Below are positions 1-10,611 of a DNA stretch of 64,000 bases, piece by piece. The position numbers and the translations under genes are program-made. This DNA is from Bacteroidales bacterium (GTDB lineage: Bacteria; Bacteroidota; Bacteroidia; Bacteroidales; UBA932): assembly GCA_017554305.1 (NCBI GenBank), contig JAFZIN010000017.1:1919-65918 (forward strand), written 5' to 3'. The notes under the pieces are model-generated. The model saw only the letters and a program-made list of their open reading frames with translations, searched no databases and had not been told where the DNA came from. Position 1 is the first letter of the stretch. The number at the start of each line of letters is the position of its first letter.

Positions 1-424
1 TTCCTGCAGGGCCCAGAGCAAAAATCAGATCGTGAGTATCAAAATCCTTAACCAATTTCTTCTGGTGTTTTGTTCTGGCACACACCATCTTACCGTTGTT
101 GCCCACAACAATCATATCCTTGGTGGTAGCGTTGGTAACAACCTCCGGCTCGCTCTTTTTCTTGGCAACAGGAGTAGGCTGGAAGATGGAATCTACATCA
201 TCCGTATTGAGATGACGTTTGTTCAGTTTAATTTTTGCCAGTGCGTTTATGGCGTTTTCAAAGGTGTTTATGTCTTTGTAAGTTCCTTTGAGCTTGATGG
301 TTGTATCTCTTGGAGTAACCTTCAGAGATGGAAAGTAGGCGCAAAGGTGGTTTATGATTTTGTCATTGATTCCGTAGATATCTATAGGATCAATATTCTG
401 CAGTTGAATTTTCTTTTCCGGCAT
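1..424 (-). CDS. PhoH-family ATPase, N-terminal part (gene runs off the left edge)
   Basis: Not in the ORF track because it has no stop inside the window. My translation of the minus strand from ATG 424..422 gives MPEKKIQLQNIDPIDIYGINDKIINHL...ARTKHQKKLVKDFDTHDLIFALGPAG. This is the PhoH-type lead-in to a GPAGTGKT Walker A, cut by the window edge. Confidence 0.6.
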   Translation of the reverse strand, partial: MPEKKIQLQNIDPIDIYGINDKIINHLCAYFPSLKVTPRDTTIKLKGTYKDINTFENAINALAKIKLNKRHLNTDDVDSIFQPTPVAKKKSEPEVVTNATTKDMIVVGNNGKMVCARTKHQKKLVKDFDTHDLIFALGPAG

Positions 425-427
425 AAA

Positions 428-1555
428 TCAGTCACTTATAATCTTTATCAAATCTTTCTTAATGAGTGTTGGGTAAAAGTTTTTAAGCGTTTTGAAAGAC
501 TCTTTCTGTTTGGCGGTTTTTCCTCCCTCTTTAAACTCCTCTCCCTCCATAAACTCCTCCATTGGAACAACGGTGTAATCCTCCAGCAGCTGCCCCTTTC
601 TAAAGCACCACAGGTATTTCCAATCCGGCATAAGCATACGGAGGCTTCCCATTGCATCTCTCTCAAAATGAAGAGATACCAGAATACCGGTGTGGGTGTA
701 TCCGCTAAAGTACTGATTGGATACATAGTTGCCCAGAGAGTAGAAAACAACTCTTTGTACAGTATCTCCCTTTGCATAGATATAGCCCTCCTCCGGAACG
801 TGAGGGTGACCTCCAATTATGGCGTCAACTCCCTCGTTGAACATAAACTGCGCATACTTCTTCTGCAGCGAGGATGGCTCAGTGTGATACTCTTCACCCC
901 AGTGAGGAAGTGCAATTATAAAGTCTGCACCCTTCTTCTTTGCCTCAAGAATATGTTCCCTAATCTCTGTACTGTCTTGCAGGTTAACGTAATAGGGGCT
1001 CGGTACTGGTATTCCGTTTGTGCCGTATGTAAAGTTGAAAAGGGCAAACCTTATTCCTTTGAGTTCCACCAAAAGGAGGGAAGATGTGTCTGCCTCCTCT
1101 TTGTTGCGGTAGGCTCCAAGCCTCTGAACCTTAAGGGTATCGTAGGCATCTATGGTCTTTTTGAGTCCTGTTGCTCCTCTGTCACATATATGGTTGTTGG
1201 CCATAAGGAAGAGGTCTATCCCGCTCTCCTTTGCCTGGGTTGCAATCTCATACGGAGCGGAGAAGTAGGGGTAGCCGCTGTAAGGTTTGCATCCTACCGT
1301 AAACTCCATATTTGCAACCATATAGTCTGCCTTCTTAAACTCCTCCTCCATATAACGGAAGGTGTTGGCGTAGTTGTATGTTCCGTCTCCCTGCAGCGCC
1401 GCCCTTATCTGCCCTCCGTGCTGCATCACATCTCCGATGAAAGAGATGGTTACGGTATCCGGCTTAATCTCCTGCTGTTGAGGGGCCGGTGCGCTTGCCC
1501 CTCTGCAGGCGCTCAGAAGCAACCAGGGAACTATTAAAACTCTTATAATCTTCAT
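428..1555 (-). CDS. CapA-family metallophosphatase (poly-gamma-glutamate/capsule synthesis-like) lipoprotein
   Basis: 375-aa ORF with a lipoprotein-type signal (LLLSAC). Metallophosphatase motifs FIGDVMQHG, ANMEF, MANNHICDRG, PHWGEEY and GGHPHV are typical of CapA/PGA_cap proteins. Confidence 0.8.
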   Translation of the reverse strand: MKIIRVLIVPWLLLSACRGASAPAPQQQEIKPDTVTISFIGDVMQHGGQIRAALQGDGTYNYANTFRYMEEEFKKADYMVANMEFTVGCKPYSGYPYFSAPYEIATQAKESGIDLFLMANNHICDRGATGLKKTIDAYDTLKVQRLGAYRNKEEADTSSLLLVELKGIRFALFNFTYGTNGIPVPSPYYVNLQDSTEIREHILEAKKKGADFIIALPHWGEEYHTEPSSLQKKYAQFMFNEGVDAIIGGHPHVPEEGYIYAKGDTVQRVVFYSLGNYVSNQYFSGYTHTGILVSLHFERDAMGSLRMLMPDWKYLWCFRKGQLLEDYTVVPMEEFMEGEEFKEGGKTAKQKESFKTLKNFYPTLIKKDLIKIISD

Positions 1556-1598
1556 ATTTACAAATATAGCTTTTTTTGTGATTGGGCCATAATTTTGC

Positions 1599-1606
1599 TA
1601 AATTTG
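1599..1606 (+). promoter_or_regulatory. Bacteroidetes -7 promoter box TAaaTTTG
   Basis: TAnnTTTG match 24 nt upstream of ATG 1630. A second overlapping match, TAatTTTG, lies at 1590..1597. Confidence 0.4.
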
Positions 1607-1629
1607 TCGGTCATATAAATCAAATAGAA

Positions 1630-2049
1630 ATGGACAAAAAGCTCCTTGCCGTATTGGCTCTTTCAGCCCTTCTTTTCTCCGGCTGTGACTGGATTAGAGA
1701 GAAGTTGGATATGCCTACATCCAAGCAGATTGCGGAAAAGAAAGAGAAGATTATTGCCGCGCAGCAGGCTGCCGTCAAAAAGGATACCCTTAAGGCGGAT
1801 ACCCTGGCTGCTCCGGTTAAAACCGAGGCGGTCTACTATGTAATAGTTGGCGCCTTCAATAGTGACGAGTTGGTTCTTCTCAGTATGGAGAAGCACAAAG
1901 GAATACTGCAGGAGCCGTTTGCCTTTAAAATTCCATCGGGATTAAAACTGGTCTCAATTGGTGGCTATCAGACACTTGAAGAGGCACGCGCAGCACATCA
2001 GCAGGCACTTAAGGCAGACCCTGAGGCCTGGGTTTACAAGAAAAGATAA
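1630..2049 (+). CDS. SPOR-domain lipoprotein
   Basis: Internal ATG at 1630 gives MDKKLLAVLALSALLFSGC (lipobox). The C-terminus YYVIVGAFNSDE...LVSIGGYQTLEEARAA looks like a SPOR peptidoglycan-binding domain. The 1582 start in the ORF track is probably too long. Confidence 0.65.
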   Translation: MDKKLLAVLALSALLFSGCDWIREKLDMPTSKQIAEKKEKIIAAQQAAVKKDTLKADTLAAPVKTEAVYYVIVGAFNSDELVLLSMEKHKGILQEPFAFKIPSGLKLVSIGGYQTLEEARAAHQQALKADPEAWVYKKR

Positions 2050-2065
2050 TTAAAACAGATACACT

Positions 2066-3181
2066 ATGAAGACAACAGCTTATACTCAAAAACACATTGA
2101 ACTGGGAGCAAAGATGACTCCGTTTGCAGGCTTTAACATGCCGTTGGAATACAAAGGGATTAAGGCAGAACACATGGCTGTAAGAGAGAGCGTTGGCGTA
2201 TTTGACGTCTCTCACATGGGCGAGTTTACCGTTAAGGGTCCTAACGCTCTAAAGTTCATCCAGTACGTTACAAGCAATGACGCATCTGTTCTCTTCCCGG
2301 GTAAGGTTCAGTACTCCTGCCTTCCTAACGGAAAGGGCGGCATTGTAGATGACCTTTTGGTTTACTGCATTGATCCTGAGAACTATATGCTGGTTCCGAA
2401 TGCAGCCAACATTGAAAAGGACTTTAACCATCTCTGCCAGTTTGCACCTAAGTTCGGTCTCACTCCGGGCAAGGATTTCTGCAACATCTCAGACCAGATC
2501 AGCCAGTTGGCGGTTCAGGGTCCTAACGCAATGAAGGTTATGCAGCGCCTTTGCAAAGAGGATGTTATGGGTATGGAATATTACACCTTCAAGATTATGG
2601 AGGTTGCAGGCATTAAGGATGTAATCTTCTCAACTACAGGATATACAGGAGCAGGCGGATGTGAGATTTACGTAAAGAACGAGGATGCACTCAAACTCTG
2701 GGATGCAATCTTTGAGGCCGGAAAGCCTGAGAATATAACCCCTGCGGGACTGGGTTGCAGAGATACTCTCCGTTTGGAGATGGGCTTCTGCCTCTACGGC
2801 AACGATATAGATGATACCACCTCTCCTCTGGAGGCAAACCTGGGTTGGATTACCAAGTTCAACGATGTTAAGGGAGACTTTGTAGACAGAGACTATATGC
2901 TCAAGCAGAAGGCAGAAGGTCTTAAGAGACGCCTCTGCGGTTTTGAACTGATAGAGAGAGGAGTACCTCGCCACGGCTATGAGATCTGCAATGCCGAGGG
3001 CCGTCAGATTGGTTTTGTAACCAGCGGCGGAATGAGCCCTTGCACCAACAAGCCTATAGGTATGGGTTATGTTGAGGCACCTCTGTACAAGCTTGATACA
3101 GAGATATTTATTAAGGTCAGAGATAAGCTTTTGAAAGCGGTCGTAGTTAGACCTCCTTTCTATAAGGCTCCTCAGAACTAA
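2066..3181 (+). CDS. gcvT: Glycine cleavage system aminomethyltransferase T
   Basis: 371 aa. [29 protein letters not shown]...[10 protein letters not shown]...[11 protein letters not shown]...[17 protein letters not shown] is a full-length GcvT signature. Confidence 0.95.
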   Translation: MKTTAYTQKHIELGAKMTPFAGFNMPLEYKGIKAEHMAVRESVGVFDVSHMGEFTVKGPNALKFIQYVTSNDASVLFPGKVQYSCLPNGKGGIVDDLLVYCIDPENYMLVPNAANIEKDFNHLCQFAPKFGLTPGKDFCNISDQISQLAVQGPNAMKVMQRLCKEDVMGMEYYTFKIMEVAGIKDVIFSTTGYTGAGGCEIYVKNEDALKLWDAIFEAGKPENITPAGLGCRDTLRLEMGFCLYGNDIDDTTSPLEANLGWITKFNDVKGDFVDRDYMLKQKAEGLKRRLCGFELIERGVPRHGYEICNAEGRQIGFVTSGGMSPCTNKPIGMGYVEAPLYKLDTEIFIKVRDKLLKAVVVRPPFYKAPQN

Positions 3182-3188
3182 TTTGTAA

Positions 3189-4553
3189 ATGACATTGACT
3201 AAGAGATTTATATCTGCAATCTCCTGCATTATGGTTGCAGGATTCCTGAGTGTACTCTGCGCTCAGGAGTTGAAGTATACTGCCGCACCTCAGTCTGCAT
3301 CAACATACGCAGACAGCGTTAAGGCAAAGGTGCTCTACCTCTGTTCCCCTTCACTCAAAGGGCGTATGGCTGGAACCAAAGAGGAGAAAATAACCTCAAA
3401 GTACATCTATGATTACCTTCAGAGTGTGGGAGTTATGATGCTCTCCACAGATGAGGGTGATGACTTTGGAATGGCAGATCCTAACGGAGGAGATACCCTG
3501 CGCTCACGCAACATTGTGGGAATAATTCCGGGTTATGATCCAGCACTGAAAGGTGAGTACGTACTCATTGGAACTCACTATGACGGACCGGGTTACGAGA
3601 ACATAACGGTAGACGGCAGAAGGGAGGAGAGAATCTTTCCTGGAGCGTATGACAACGCTGCCGCCACCGCCTCCTTAATGCAGATTGCCAAGATGGTATC
3701 TGAGAACAAGTTTATGTTCCGCCGCAGCGTAATTGTAGCCTTCTTTGGTGCCGGAAGGCTGGCCTCTGCCGGCAGCTGGTATTTTATAAACCGCTCCTTT
3801 GCAGATAAGGATAAGATAACCTTTATGATAGATATCAACTGCATAGGAAGGGAGGATAACATAAATAAGTTCCAGGCATTTACGGGTGTTGGAAACAAGA
3901 GGGTGATTCAGGAGGTTCTCTCCGCATCGGAGCGTCCTTTCTCCATTGTTCCGGAGATTGCAGAACTGGAGCCGGTGGCATCAGACTACCGCAACTTCTA
4001 CTCTGCAGGCATTCCAATTACTCTCTTCTCTTCCGGAGACAACAACCAGAGAGGAACAATACATGATACTCCTAACATGCTGGATTACCTTACCTTAGGA
4101 AGAATCTGCGAGTATATCTACACCTACGCAAACCAGATTGCAAACCTCAAAGATAAGATAGGTGCGGAAGCACCTTTGGAGGTTACACCATCGGGAGAAA
4201 GAATATACTCACAGCAGGAGGTGGAAAAGAGAGCGGCCTACTTCAGAGGTGATGAGAGAAGTTTCCTCAGAGATTACGTATACAACTACGTAAAATATCC
4301 AGACAGTGCTATTGCTCAGGGAATTGAGGGAACGGAGATTGCAGAGTTTGTGGTAGATGAGAAGGGAAAGGTTAAAGATATTAAGATAACCAAGAGCCTC
4401 TCAGATGATATTGACAAAGAGGTAATTAAAGTGCTCAAGGGCTCTCCGAAATGGGTTCCTGCAGAGATTGGAGGAGAGAAGGTGAGCGTCAGAATCTCTC
4501 TTGCTATAGAGTTCATTCTTACAAAGAAATCAACAATAGGAATTAAGAAATAA
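3189..4553 (+). CDS. M28-family peptidase fused to a C-terminal TonB_C-like domain
   Basis: Signal peptide, then an M28-like core (NIVGIIPG..., [19 protein letters not shown]). The last ~90 aa, [35 protein letters not shown]...[23 protein letters not shown], match the TonB C-terminal fold pattern. Confidence 0.7.
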   Translation: MTLTKRFISAISCIMVAGFLSVLCAQELKYTAAPQSASTYADSVKAKVLYLCSPSLKGRMAGTKEEKITSKYIYDYLQSVGVMMLSTDEGDDFGMADPNGGDTLRSRNIVGIIPGYDPALKGEYVLIGTHYDGPGYENITVDGRREERIFPGAYDNAAATASLMQIAKMVSENKFMFRRSVIVAFFGAGRLASAGSWYFINRSFADKDKITFMIDINCIGREDNINKFQAFTGVGNKRVIQEVLSASERPFSIVPEIAELEPVASDYRNFYSAGIPITLFSSGDNNQRGTIHDTPNMLDYLTLGRICEYIYTYANQIANLKDKIGAEAPLEVTPSGERIYSQQEVEKRAAYFRGDERSFLRDYVYNYVKYPDSAIAQGIEGTEIAEFVVDEKGKVKDIKITKSLSDDIDKEVIKVLKGSPKWVPAEIGGEKVSVRISLAIEFILTKKSTIGIKK

Positions 4554-4563
4554 GTATCAGAAG

Positions 4564-7362
4564 ATGGATTACAATTTCAATGAAATTGAGAAAAAGTGGC
4601 AGAAGTATTGGGCAGAAAACAAGACATTCTCTGTAAAGACAGACCCCTCAAAGCCAAAGTATTATGTGCTTGATATGTTCCCTTACCCTTCAGGTGCGGG
4701 ATTGCATGTGGGCCATCCTCTAGGCTACATAGCAAGTGATATTTACACTCGCTACAAACGTCTTATGGGGTTCAACGTTCTGCACCCAATGGGCTACGAT
4801 GCATTCGGCCTTCCGGCAGAGCAGTATGCCATCCAAACGGGTCAGCATCCGAGGGTTACAACAATGGAGAACATTAATCGTTACCGTCAGCAGCTAGACC
4901 GTATTGGTTTCTCATTTGATTGGGATAGAGAGGTAAAAACCTGTGATCCTGAGTATTACAAGTGGACACAGTGGGCATTCCTTAAGATGTTCAAGAGCTG
5001 GTACAACAATGACAGCAACTCTGCAGAGCCTATAAGTGAATTGGTTGCAAGGTTTGAGGAGGAGGGTAACGCAAAGGTGAACGCCGCCTGCTCAGATGTT
5101 GAGACCTTTACCGCAGAGCAGTGGAAAAACTTCTCAGAGCAGAAGAAGAGTGATGTTCTGATGGCTTACCGTATTGCATACCAGGGAGAAACGTCTGTTA
5201 ACTGGTGCCCTCAGCTGGGAACGGTGCTTGCCAATGATGAGGTTAAGGAGGGGCTTTCCGTTCGCGGAGGCTTCCCTGTGGAGCAGAAGAAGATGAAGCA
5301 GTGGCAGCTGAGAGTCTCTGCCTACGCAGGACGCCTTTTGGATGATTTGGATTCCCTCCAGTGGAGTGATGCTCTTAAAGAGATGCAGCGCAACTGGATA
5401 GGGCGTTCTTACGGAGCGCAGATGGTATTCAAGACCGTTAATCCGGACCCTAAAGACGGCAGCAAGTTTGACCGCCACTATGATATGGAGATCTTTACCA
5501 CCAGAGCAGATACCGTATTCGGCGTAACCTTTATGGTCATTGCTCCGGAGAGTGACTGGGTAGATAAACTTACAACCCTCTCTCAGAAGGAGGAGGTTGA
5601 AAAGTACATAAATGAGGTAAAGAAGAAGACGGAGAGGGAGAGAATTGCTGAGACTCACACAGTTACGGGAGTATTCTCCGGTTCATACGCCATAAATCCT
5701 TTTACGGAGGAGAGAGTTCCTATCTGGATTTCAGAGTACGTTCTGGCCGGCTACGGAACCGGTGCAATTATGGCCGTTCCTGCTCATGACAGCAGAGACT
5801 ACGCCTTTGCTAAAAAATTCAACCTCAGAATTATACCTCTGATTGAGGGGTGCGATGTTTCCAAAGAGAGTTTTGACGCCAAAGAGGGCACAATGATAAA
5901 CAGCGGATTCTTAACCGGTTACAGCGTTAAGGAGGCCATCCCTATGGCAATTGAGGAGGTGGAAAAGAGGGGCATTGGCCACCGTATGGTAAACTATCGT
6001 CTTAGAGATGCAATCTTCTCACGTCAAAGATACTGGGGAGAGCCGTTCCCTATCTACTACAAAGACGGAGTTCCTACTCCGCTTGATGAGGATAAGCTTC
6101 CTCTGGAACTCCCTCAGATTGCAACCTTTAAACCAACCCAGGACGGAGAGCCGCCTTTGGCTCATGCAACGGATTGGAACTATGAGGGTTATCCATACGA
6201 GAAGAGCACCATGCCGGGCTTTGCAGGCAGCAGCGCCTACTATCTGAGGTATATGGATCCTCACAACAACTCCGCTCTGGTAAGCAAAGAGGCAGATAAT
6301 TACTGGAGAGATGTAGATCTCTATGTTGGTGGAACAGAGCACGCTACAGGCCACCTCATCTACTCCAGATTCTGGAACAAGTTCCTCTATGATTTGGGTT
6401 ACGTATGTGAGAACGAGCCGTTCAAAAAACTGGTTAACCAGGGAATGATTCAGGGACGCTCCAACTTCGTATACAGGGTAAAGAACACCAACACCTTTGT
6501 ATCTTTCAATCTCAAAGATAATTATGAGACCACAGAGATACACGTGGACATTAACCTTGTAAGAAATGACCGCCTGGATATTGAGGCCTTTAAGAAGTGG
6601 AGACCGGAATATGAAAGCGCAGAGTTCATTCTTGAGAACGGCGAGTACATCTGCGGATGGGCCGTTGAAAAGATGAGCAAATCTATGTTCAACGTTGTTA
6701 ATCCTGATAATATCTGCAACGATTACGGCGCAGACACCCTCCGTCTTTATGAGATGTTCCTGGGCCCTGTGGAGATGAGTAAACCGTGGGATACCAAGGG
6801 AATAGACGGAGTGCACCGCTTCTTAAGAAAGTTCTGGCGTCTCTTCTTTGGCGGCGGAGAGGGAACCGGTGAGTTCTCCCTTTCAGAAGATGAGCCAACA
6901 GCAGAGGAGCTCAAAATACTTCACAAACTCATAAACAAGGTTGAGACAGATATTGAGAACTTCTCATTCAACACCTCCGTATCTGCCTTTATGGTAGCCG
7001 TTAACGAACTCTCTGCCCTTAAGAGCAATAAGAGGAAAATTCTCCTCCCGATAGTTATCTTACTTTCACCGTTTGCTCCTCACATCTGTGAAGAGCTCTG
7101 GTCTCTGGCCGGAAACAAGGAGAGCATCTCCTTTGCTTCCTTCCCAATGTACCACGAGGAGTACACCAGAGAAGACAACGTAGAGTATCCTGTCTCCTTC
7201 AACGGTAAGACCAGATTCAAGCTCTCTCTTCCTAAGTCAATGGGTAAGAGTGATATAGAAAAGGCCGTACTTCAGGAGGAGCAGACAGCCAAGTATCTTG
7301 CAGGCAATCCTGTAAAGAAGATAATTGTTGTGCCGGGCAGAATCATCAACATTGTATTCTAA
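4564..7362 (+). CDS. leuS: Leucine--tRNA ligase
   Basis: 932 aa. HIGH-type motif [13 protein letters not shown] motif (EKMSKSMFN) and a CP1 editing insertion. Confidence 0.97.
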   Translation: MDYNFNEIEKKWQKYWAENKTFSVKTDPSKPKYYVLDMFPYPSGAGLHVGHPLGYIASDIYTRYKRLMGFNVLHPMGYDAFGLPAEQYAIQTGQHPRVTTMENINRYRQQLDRIGFSFDWDREVKTCDPEYYKWTQWAFLKMFKSWYNNDSNSAEPISELVARFEEEGNAKVNAACSDVETFTAEQWKNFSEQKKSDVLMAYRIAYQGETSVNWCPQLGTVLANDEVKEGLSVRGGFPVEQKKMKQWQLRVSAYAGRLLDDLDSLQWSDALKEMQRNWIGRSYGAQMVFKTVNPDPKDGSKFDRHYDMEIFTTRADTVFGVTFMVIAPESDWVDKLTTLSQKEEVEKYINEVKKKTERERIAETHTVTGVFSGSYAINPFTEERVPIWISEYVLAGYGTGAIMAVPAHDSRDYAFAKKFNLRIIPLIEGCDVSKESFDAKEGTMINSGFLTGYSVKEAIPMAIEEVEKRGIGHRMVNYRLRDAIFSRQRYWGEPFPIYYKDGVPTPLDEDKLPLELPQIATFKPTQDGEPPLAHATDWNYEGYPYEKSTMPGFAGSSAYYLRYMDPHNNSALVSKEADNYWRDVDLYVGGTEHATGHLIYSRFWNKFLYDLGYVCENEPFKKLVNQGMIQGRSNFVYRVKNTNTFVSFNLKDNYETTEIHVDINLVRNDRLDIEAFKKWRPEYESAEFILENGEYICGWAVEKMSKSMFNVVNPDNICNDYGADTLRLYEMFLGPVEMSKPWDTKGIDGVHRFLRKFWRLFFGGGEGTGEFSLSEDEPTAEELKILHKLINKVETDIENFSFNTSVSAFMVAVNELSALKSNKRKILLPIVILLSPFAPHICEELWSLAGNKESISFASFPMYHEEYTREDNVEYPVSFNGKTRFKLSLPKSMGKSDIEKAVLQEEQTAKYLAGNPVKKIIVVPGRIINIVF

Positions 7363-7378
7363 TAACAAGAGAAACTAT

Positions 7379-8350
7379 ATGCCGGACAAGAAGAAAATAT
7401 CTGTAAAGAAACTCATTGTAGATTATATCTTAATGAGTTTTGGATTGTTCTTATATGTTCTTGGTTGGCAGGGCTTTGTGGTGCCTACCGGAATATCCGG
7501 AGGCGGACTTGTAGGTCTTTCCACCGTCCTCAACTATGCAACCGGTATTCCAATTCCGCTCTTCTACGGAGTAATAAACGCAGGACTGCTGGTTGTGGGA
7601 ACCATTGTGCTGGGGCGCGGATTTGGCTTTAAGACAATCTATTGCATAATTCTTAGCACAATCCTCTTTGCCGTACTTCCCAAGTATGAGTGGCTGAGCA
7701 ACATAGGCCTTAACACCATACCTCAGGATTCTCCGGAGGCTCCGTTGCGCTATCTGGTAAACCCAATTTTGGGAGCCTTCATCTGCGCTGCGGGTATAGC
7801 CCTCATTTTCAAGCGTAAGGGAAGCACGGGAGGAACAGATATAGTTGCCCTCATAATTAACAAGTACAGAGATATTTCTCCGGGCAGAGTCTTTATGTAC
7901 ACAGACTTTATAATTGTTGCTTCAATTATACTTCTGCCAAACAAACACCTGAGTGACGTTATATTCGGTTACATATTCACCATAGCCTTCTCCTATATGA
8001 TAGATCTGCTGCTTACCGGTAACCAGCAGAGCGTTCAGATTACCATATTCTCACAGGAGTTTGACAAGGTGGCAGACGCCCTCATCTATGACCAGCATCG
8101 CGGAGTAACAGCCCTGGATTCAATTGGCTGGTACTCAAAGAAAGAGGGAAAGGTTCTGGTTGTAATCTCCCGCAAACAGCAGGTGAATGACATTACCCAC
8201 GCCGTAAGAGACGTAGATCCAAAGGCCTTCATTACGGTCTCCTCCGTCTCTGCCGTTTACGGATTGGGATTCTCTGAGATGAAGAGAAGAAGCTCCAAAT
8301 CTTCAGACAACAAAATCAAACGGATTCTTAAATGGATAGATAGCGACTAA
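7379..8350 (+). CDS. YitT-family membrane protein (DUF161/DUF2179)
   Basis: Start moved to ATG 7379 (MPDKKKIS) to avoid overlap with leuS. Multi-TM N-terminus with GSTGGTDIVALI, and a C-terminal DUF2179-like GVTALDSIGWYSKKEGKVLVVISRKQ. Confidence 0.85.
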   Translation: MPDKKKISVKKLIVDYILMSFGLFLYVLGWQGFVVPTGISGGGLVGLSTVLNYATGIPIPLFYGVINAGLLVVGTIVLGRGFGFKTIYCIILSTILFAVLPKYEWLSNIGLNTIPQDSPEAPLRYLVNPILGAFICAAGIALIFKRKGSTGGTDIVALIINKYRDISPGRVFMYTDFIIVASIILLPNKHLSDVIFGYIFTIAFSYMIDLLLTGNQQSVQITIFSQEFDKVADALIYDQHRGVTALDSIGWYSKKEGKVLVVISRKQQVNDITHAVRDVDPKAFITVSSVSAVYGLGFSEMKRRSSKSSDNKIKRILKWIDSD

Positions 8351-8352
8351 CT

Positions 8353-9270
8353 ATGAACGCACGTACAATTGTTTCAGAGGTTAAAAGTTATTTGTTAATT
8401 ACGGTGGGTCTTCTCTGCTATGTTCTTGGCTGGGTTATCTTCCTTATTCCCAACAACTTGGTGGGAGGCGGAGTAACCGGTATCTCTTCAATTGTACTCT
8501 ATGCATTCGGGGTTCCGATCAGCGTTACCTACTTTGTAATCAACGCCATCCTGCTTCTTATTGCACTAAAAGTTTTGGGCAAAGCCTTTGGTTTAAAGAC
8601 AGTTTACGCAGTTGCGGTAACCACTCTCTTCTTTCAATTTGTTCCGCAGTTCATACCTCAGGATTTTATTCAGGAGATAGCCATCTCTAACGGAAGACTT
8701 CTCTCCGCCATATTCGGAGGCGTTATGAGCGGCCTGGGAATAGGCATCAGTTTCACCCAGGGCGGAAGTACCGGAGGAACAGATATTGTGGCACTTATGG
8801 TAACCAAGTACCACAACGTTTCACCGGGCAGGGTAATCCTCTATATGGATCTTGTAATAATTGCCTCTTCACTTCTCATACCTGCAAAGGAGGTTATGGA
8901 CGCCTCCGGAGCAATGGTTAGGGAGTCATGGGGAATGCGCATAGCCACAGTACTTTACGGTTATATGCTTATAGCCTCAAGTTCACAGATTGTAGATATG
9001 GTTATGGCGGGTAAAAGGCAGTCTGTTCAGGTCTTTATCTTCTCCGCTTGTTATGATCAGATTGCAGATGCCATAACAAGCCAGCTGGGACGAGGAGTAA
9101 CGGTAATGGATGGAGAGGGCTGGTACACAAAGCAAAACAGAAAGATGCTGCTTGTTCTCATTCACAAGACGGAGACCAATAAATTATACTCCCTCATACG
9201 CAGTTTTGACAAGGAGGCCTTCATATCAATGGCTCCTGTTTCCGGAGTTTGGGGTAAGGGATTTCAATAG
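8353..9270 (+). CDS. YitT-family membrane protein, tandem paralog
   Basis: Same architecture and motifs (GSTGGTDIVALM, GVTVMDGEGWYTKQNRKMLLVLIHK) as the preceding gene. It starts 2 nt after that gene's stop. Confidence 0.85.
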   Translation: MNARTIVSEVKSYLLITVGLLCYVLGWVIFLIPNNLVGGGVTGISSIVLYAFGVPISVTYFVINAILLLIALKVLGKAFGLKTVYAVAVTTLFFQFVPQFIPQDFIQEIAISNGRLLSAIFGGVMSGLGIGISFTQGGSTGGTDIVALMVTKYHNVSPGRVILYMDLVIIASSLLIPAKEVMDASGAMVRESWGMRIATVLYGYMLIASSSQIVDMVMAGKRQSVQVFIFSACYDQIADAITSQLGRGVTVMDGEGWYTKQNRKMLLVLIHKTETNKLYSLIRSFDKEAFISMAPVSGVWGKGFQ

Positions 9271-9402
9271 AAACCCGCTAATACCGGAGTAAATTTTTCA
9301 GAATTATCCTACCAATGGGTAAATTTTTGTGACAATCTTGTAATTGTCAAAAATCTAACGACTTATAGCGGTCAACATTTGCACGCGCCCTTTATGCCAA
9401 TT

Positions 9403-9410
9403 TATTTTTG
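9403..9410 (+). promoter_or_regulatory. Bacteroidetes -7 promoter box TAttTTTG
   Basis: TAnnTTTG match 36 nt upstream of ATG 9446. Inverted repeat tgacaat-cttgta-attgtca lies ~70 nt further upstream. Confidence 0.4.
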
Positions 9411-9445
9411 TTTGTCAAACATTACAAACAAAACTAAAAAAAGGT

Positions 9446-10030
9446 ATGAAGATCCAATCATTTTTTCTAATTGCGGTTGCAGCGCTTACAATACTGCAAG
9501 TCTACCTTATTGTTACCGTTAGAAAGACGAACAAAAGGAACCGAATTAGGGGTGCAATAAGAACCCGCCCCAGACCGTATCGCCTTGCAGATGAGGAGCA
9601 TACAGGCGGTGACTACCTCTGTGAAGAGGGGTTGAAGGATATGGTTGCAGACAAAATCATTGACTACTTTGAGCGTCACAAACCCTACCTCAACCCCAAA
9701 CTCAAACTTAAAGATTTGGAGGCCGCCCTCCACACCAACAGAAATTATCTCTCACAGGCATTTAACGAGAAGCTGGAAAACAACTTTAACCGTATCTGTA
9801 ATCACTTCAGAGTGAGGGAGGCTTGCCGTCTCTATTTAAAGAATCCGCGCCTTCGCATAAAAGATTTGGCGGTCCTCTCCGGATTCAACTCCCACTCCTC
9901 ATTTTTGGGAGCCTTCAGAATTCACACCAACTACACCCCTGGCCGTTGGCAGAAAGAGGTAAAAGACCGCCTTGCAAAGAAAGAACCCGTTACCGTAGAT
10001 GATTATGTTAAAAAACTGAATTTCAAATAG
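9446..10030 (+). CDS. Membrane-anchored AraC-type HTH protein
   Basis: N-terminal TM helix (FFLIAVAALTILQVYLIVTV). The C-terminus has a dual HTH of AraC type (LKDLEAALHTNRNYLSQAFN...IKDLAVLSGFNSHSSFLGAFR). No ligand-binding domain is visible. Confidence 0.65.
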   Translation: MKIQSFFLIAVAALTILQVYLIVTVRKTNKRNRIRGAIRTRPRPYRLADEEHTGGDYLCEEGLKDMVADKIIDYFERHKPYLNPKLKLKDLEAALHTNRNYLSQAFNEKLENNFNRICNHFRVREACRLYLKNPRLRIKDLAVLSGFNSHSSFLGAFRIHTNYTPGRWQKEVKDRLAKKEPVTVDDYVKKLNFK

Positions 10031-10032
10031 AA

Positions 10033-10593
10033 ATGAAAACGATTATAGAAAAACTCATAACCAGAACAGCCGGAGCTATGCTTAAATCCGTTGGCACTCC
10101 TCCGCCCGAGCAGCCGGAAGAAGATGAGGAGCAGATGGTAATCCAGAATGAGGAGATAATTCTTTACCCGGAAGTAAAACCCAAAGAGTCCAAAGAACTC
10201 ATACTCAAAGAGATTTCATCAAAGATGGACCGCTGTATGGAGCGCCACAAACTCTTTTTGGATCCGGGGCTCAGCCTTAACAGAATTGCCAACCTTGTGG
10301 GCAGCAACCGCACCTACATTTCCAACATAATGGCCTCAAAGAACGGTTTTCACAACTATCTGAACGAATGGCGGCTGCGCTATATGGCCCAGCGTCTGAG
10401 AAAGGAACTGAACTCTCCAAAGGCACAGGAAGATATCTCAATGGTTCTTTCAGAGCCGGATGAGATAATTACTCCCACCCGTTTAACTGCACTGGTAACT
10501 GCCTGCGGCTTTGTAGATATGAGGTCATTCCGCAGAGCCCTGCATCACTCCAAGTCTGATTATGCAGAGGAGATAAAGGGTTATATCTATTAG
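10033..10593 (+). CDS. AraC-type HTH protein, tandem paralog
   Basis: Starts 2 nt after the previous stop. LNRIANLVGSNRTYISNIM...LTALVTACGFVDMRSFRRAL resembles an AraC HTH_18 pair. The N-terminus is acidic. Confidence 0.55.
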   Translation: MKTIIEKLITRTAGAMLKSVGTPPPEQPEEDEEQMVIQNEEIILYPEVKPKESKELILKEISSKMDRCMERHKLFLDPGLSLNRIANLVGSNRTYISNIMASKNGFHNYLNEWRLRYMAQRLRKELNSPKAQEDISMVLSEPDEIITPTRLTALVTACGFVDMRSFRRALHHSKSDYAEEIKGYIY

Positions 10594-10611
10594 AAAAACA
10601 AAGGCAACAGG

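Noticed and set aside
32-1537. 501-aa plus-strand ORF, the longest ORF at the left end
   Set aside because: It lies entirely antisense to the well-supported CapA-like gene and the partial phoH gene. Its translation is low-complexity and Cys/Leu/Val-rich with no motif. It is a shadow ORF.
2049-2066. Looked for a glycine riboswitch upstream of gcvT
   Set aside because: Only 16 nt separate gcvT from the preceding gene, which leaves no room for a riboswitch aptamer.
6019-6816. 265-aa minus-strand ORF (plus 5134..5658 and others) inside leuS
   Set aside because: It is antisense to an unambiguous full-length leuS and has no recognisable motif. It is a typical shadow ORF.
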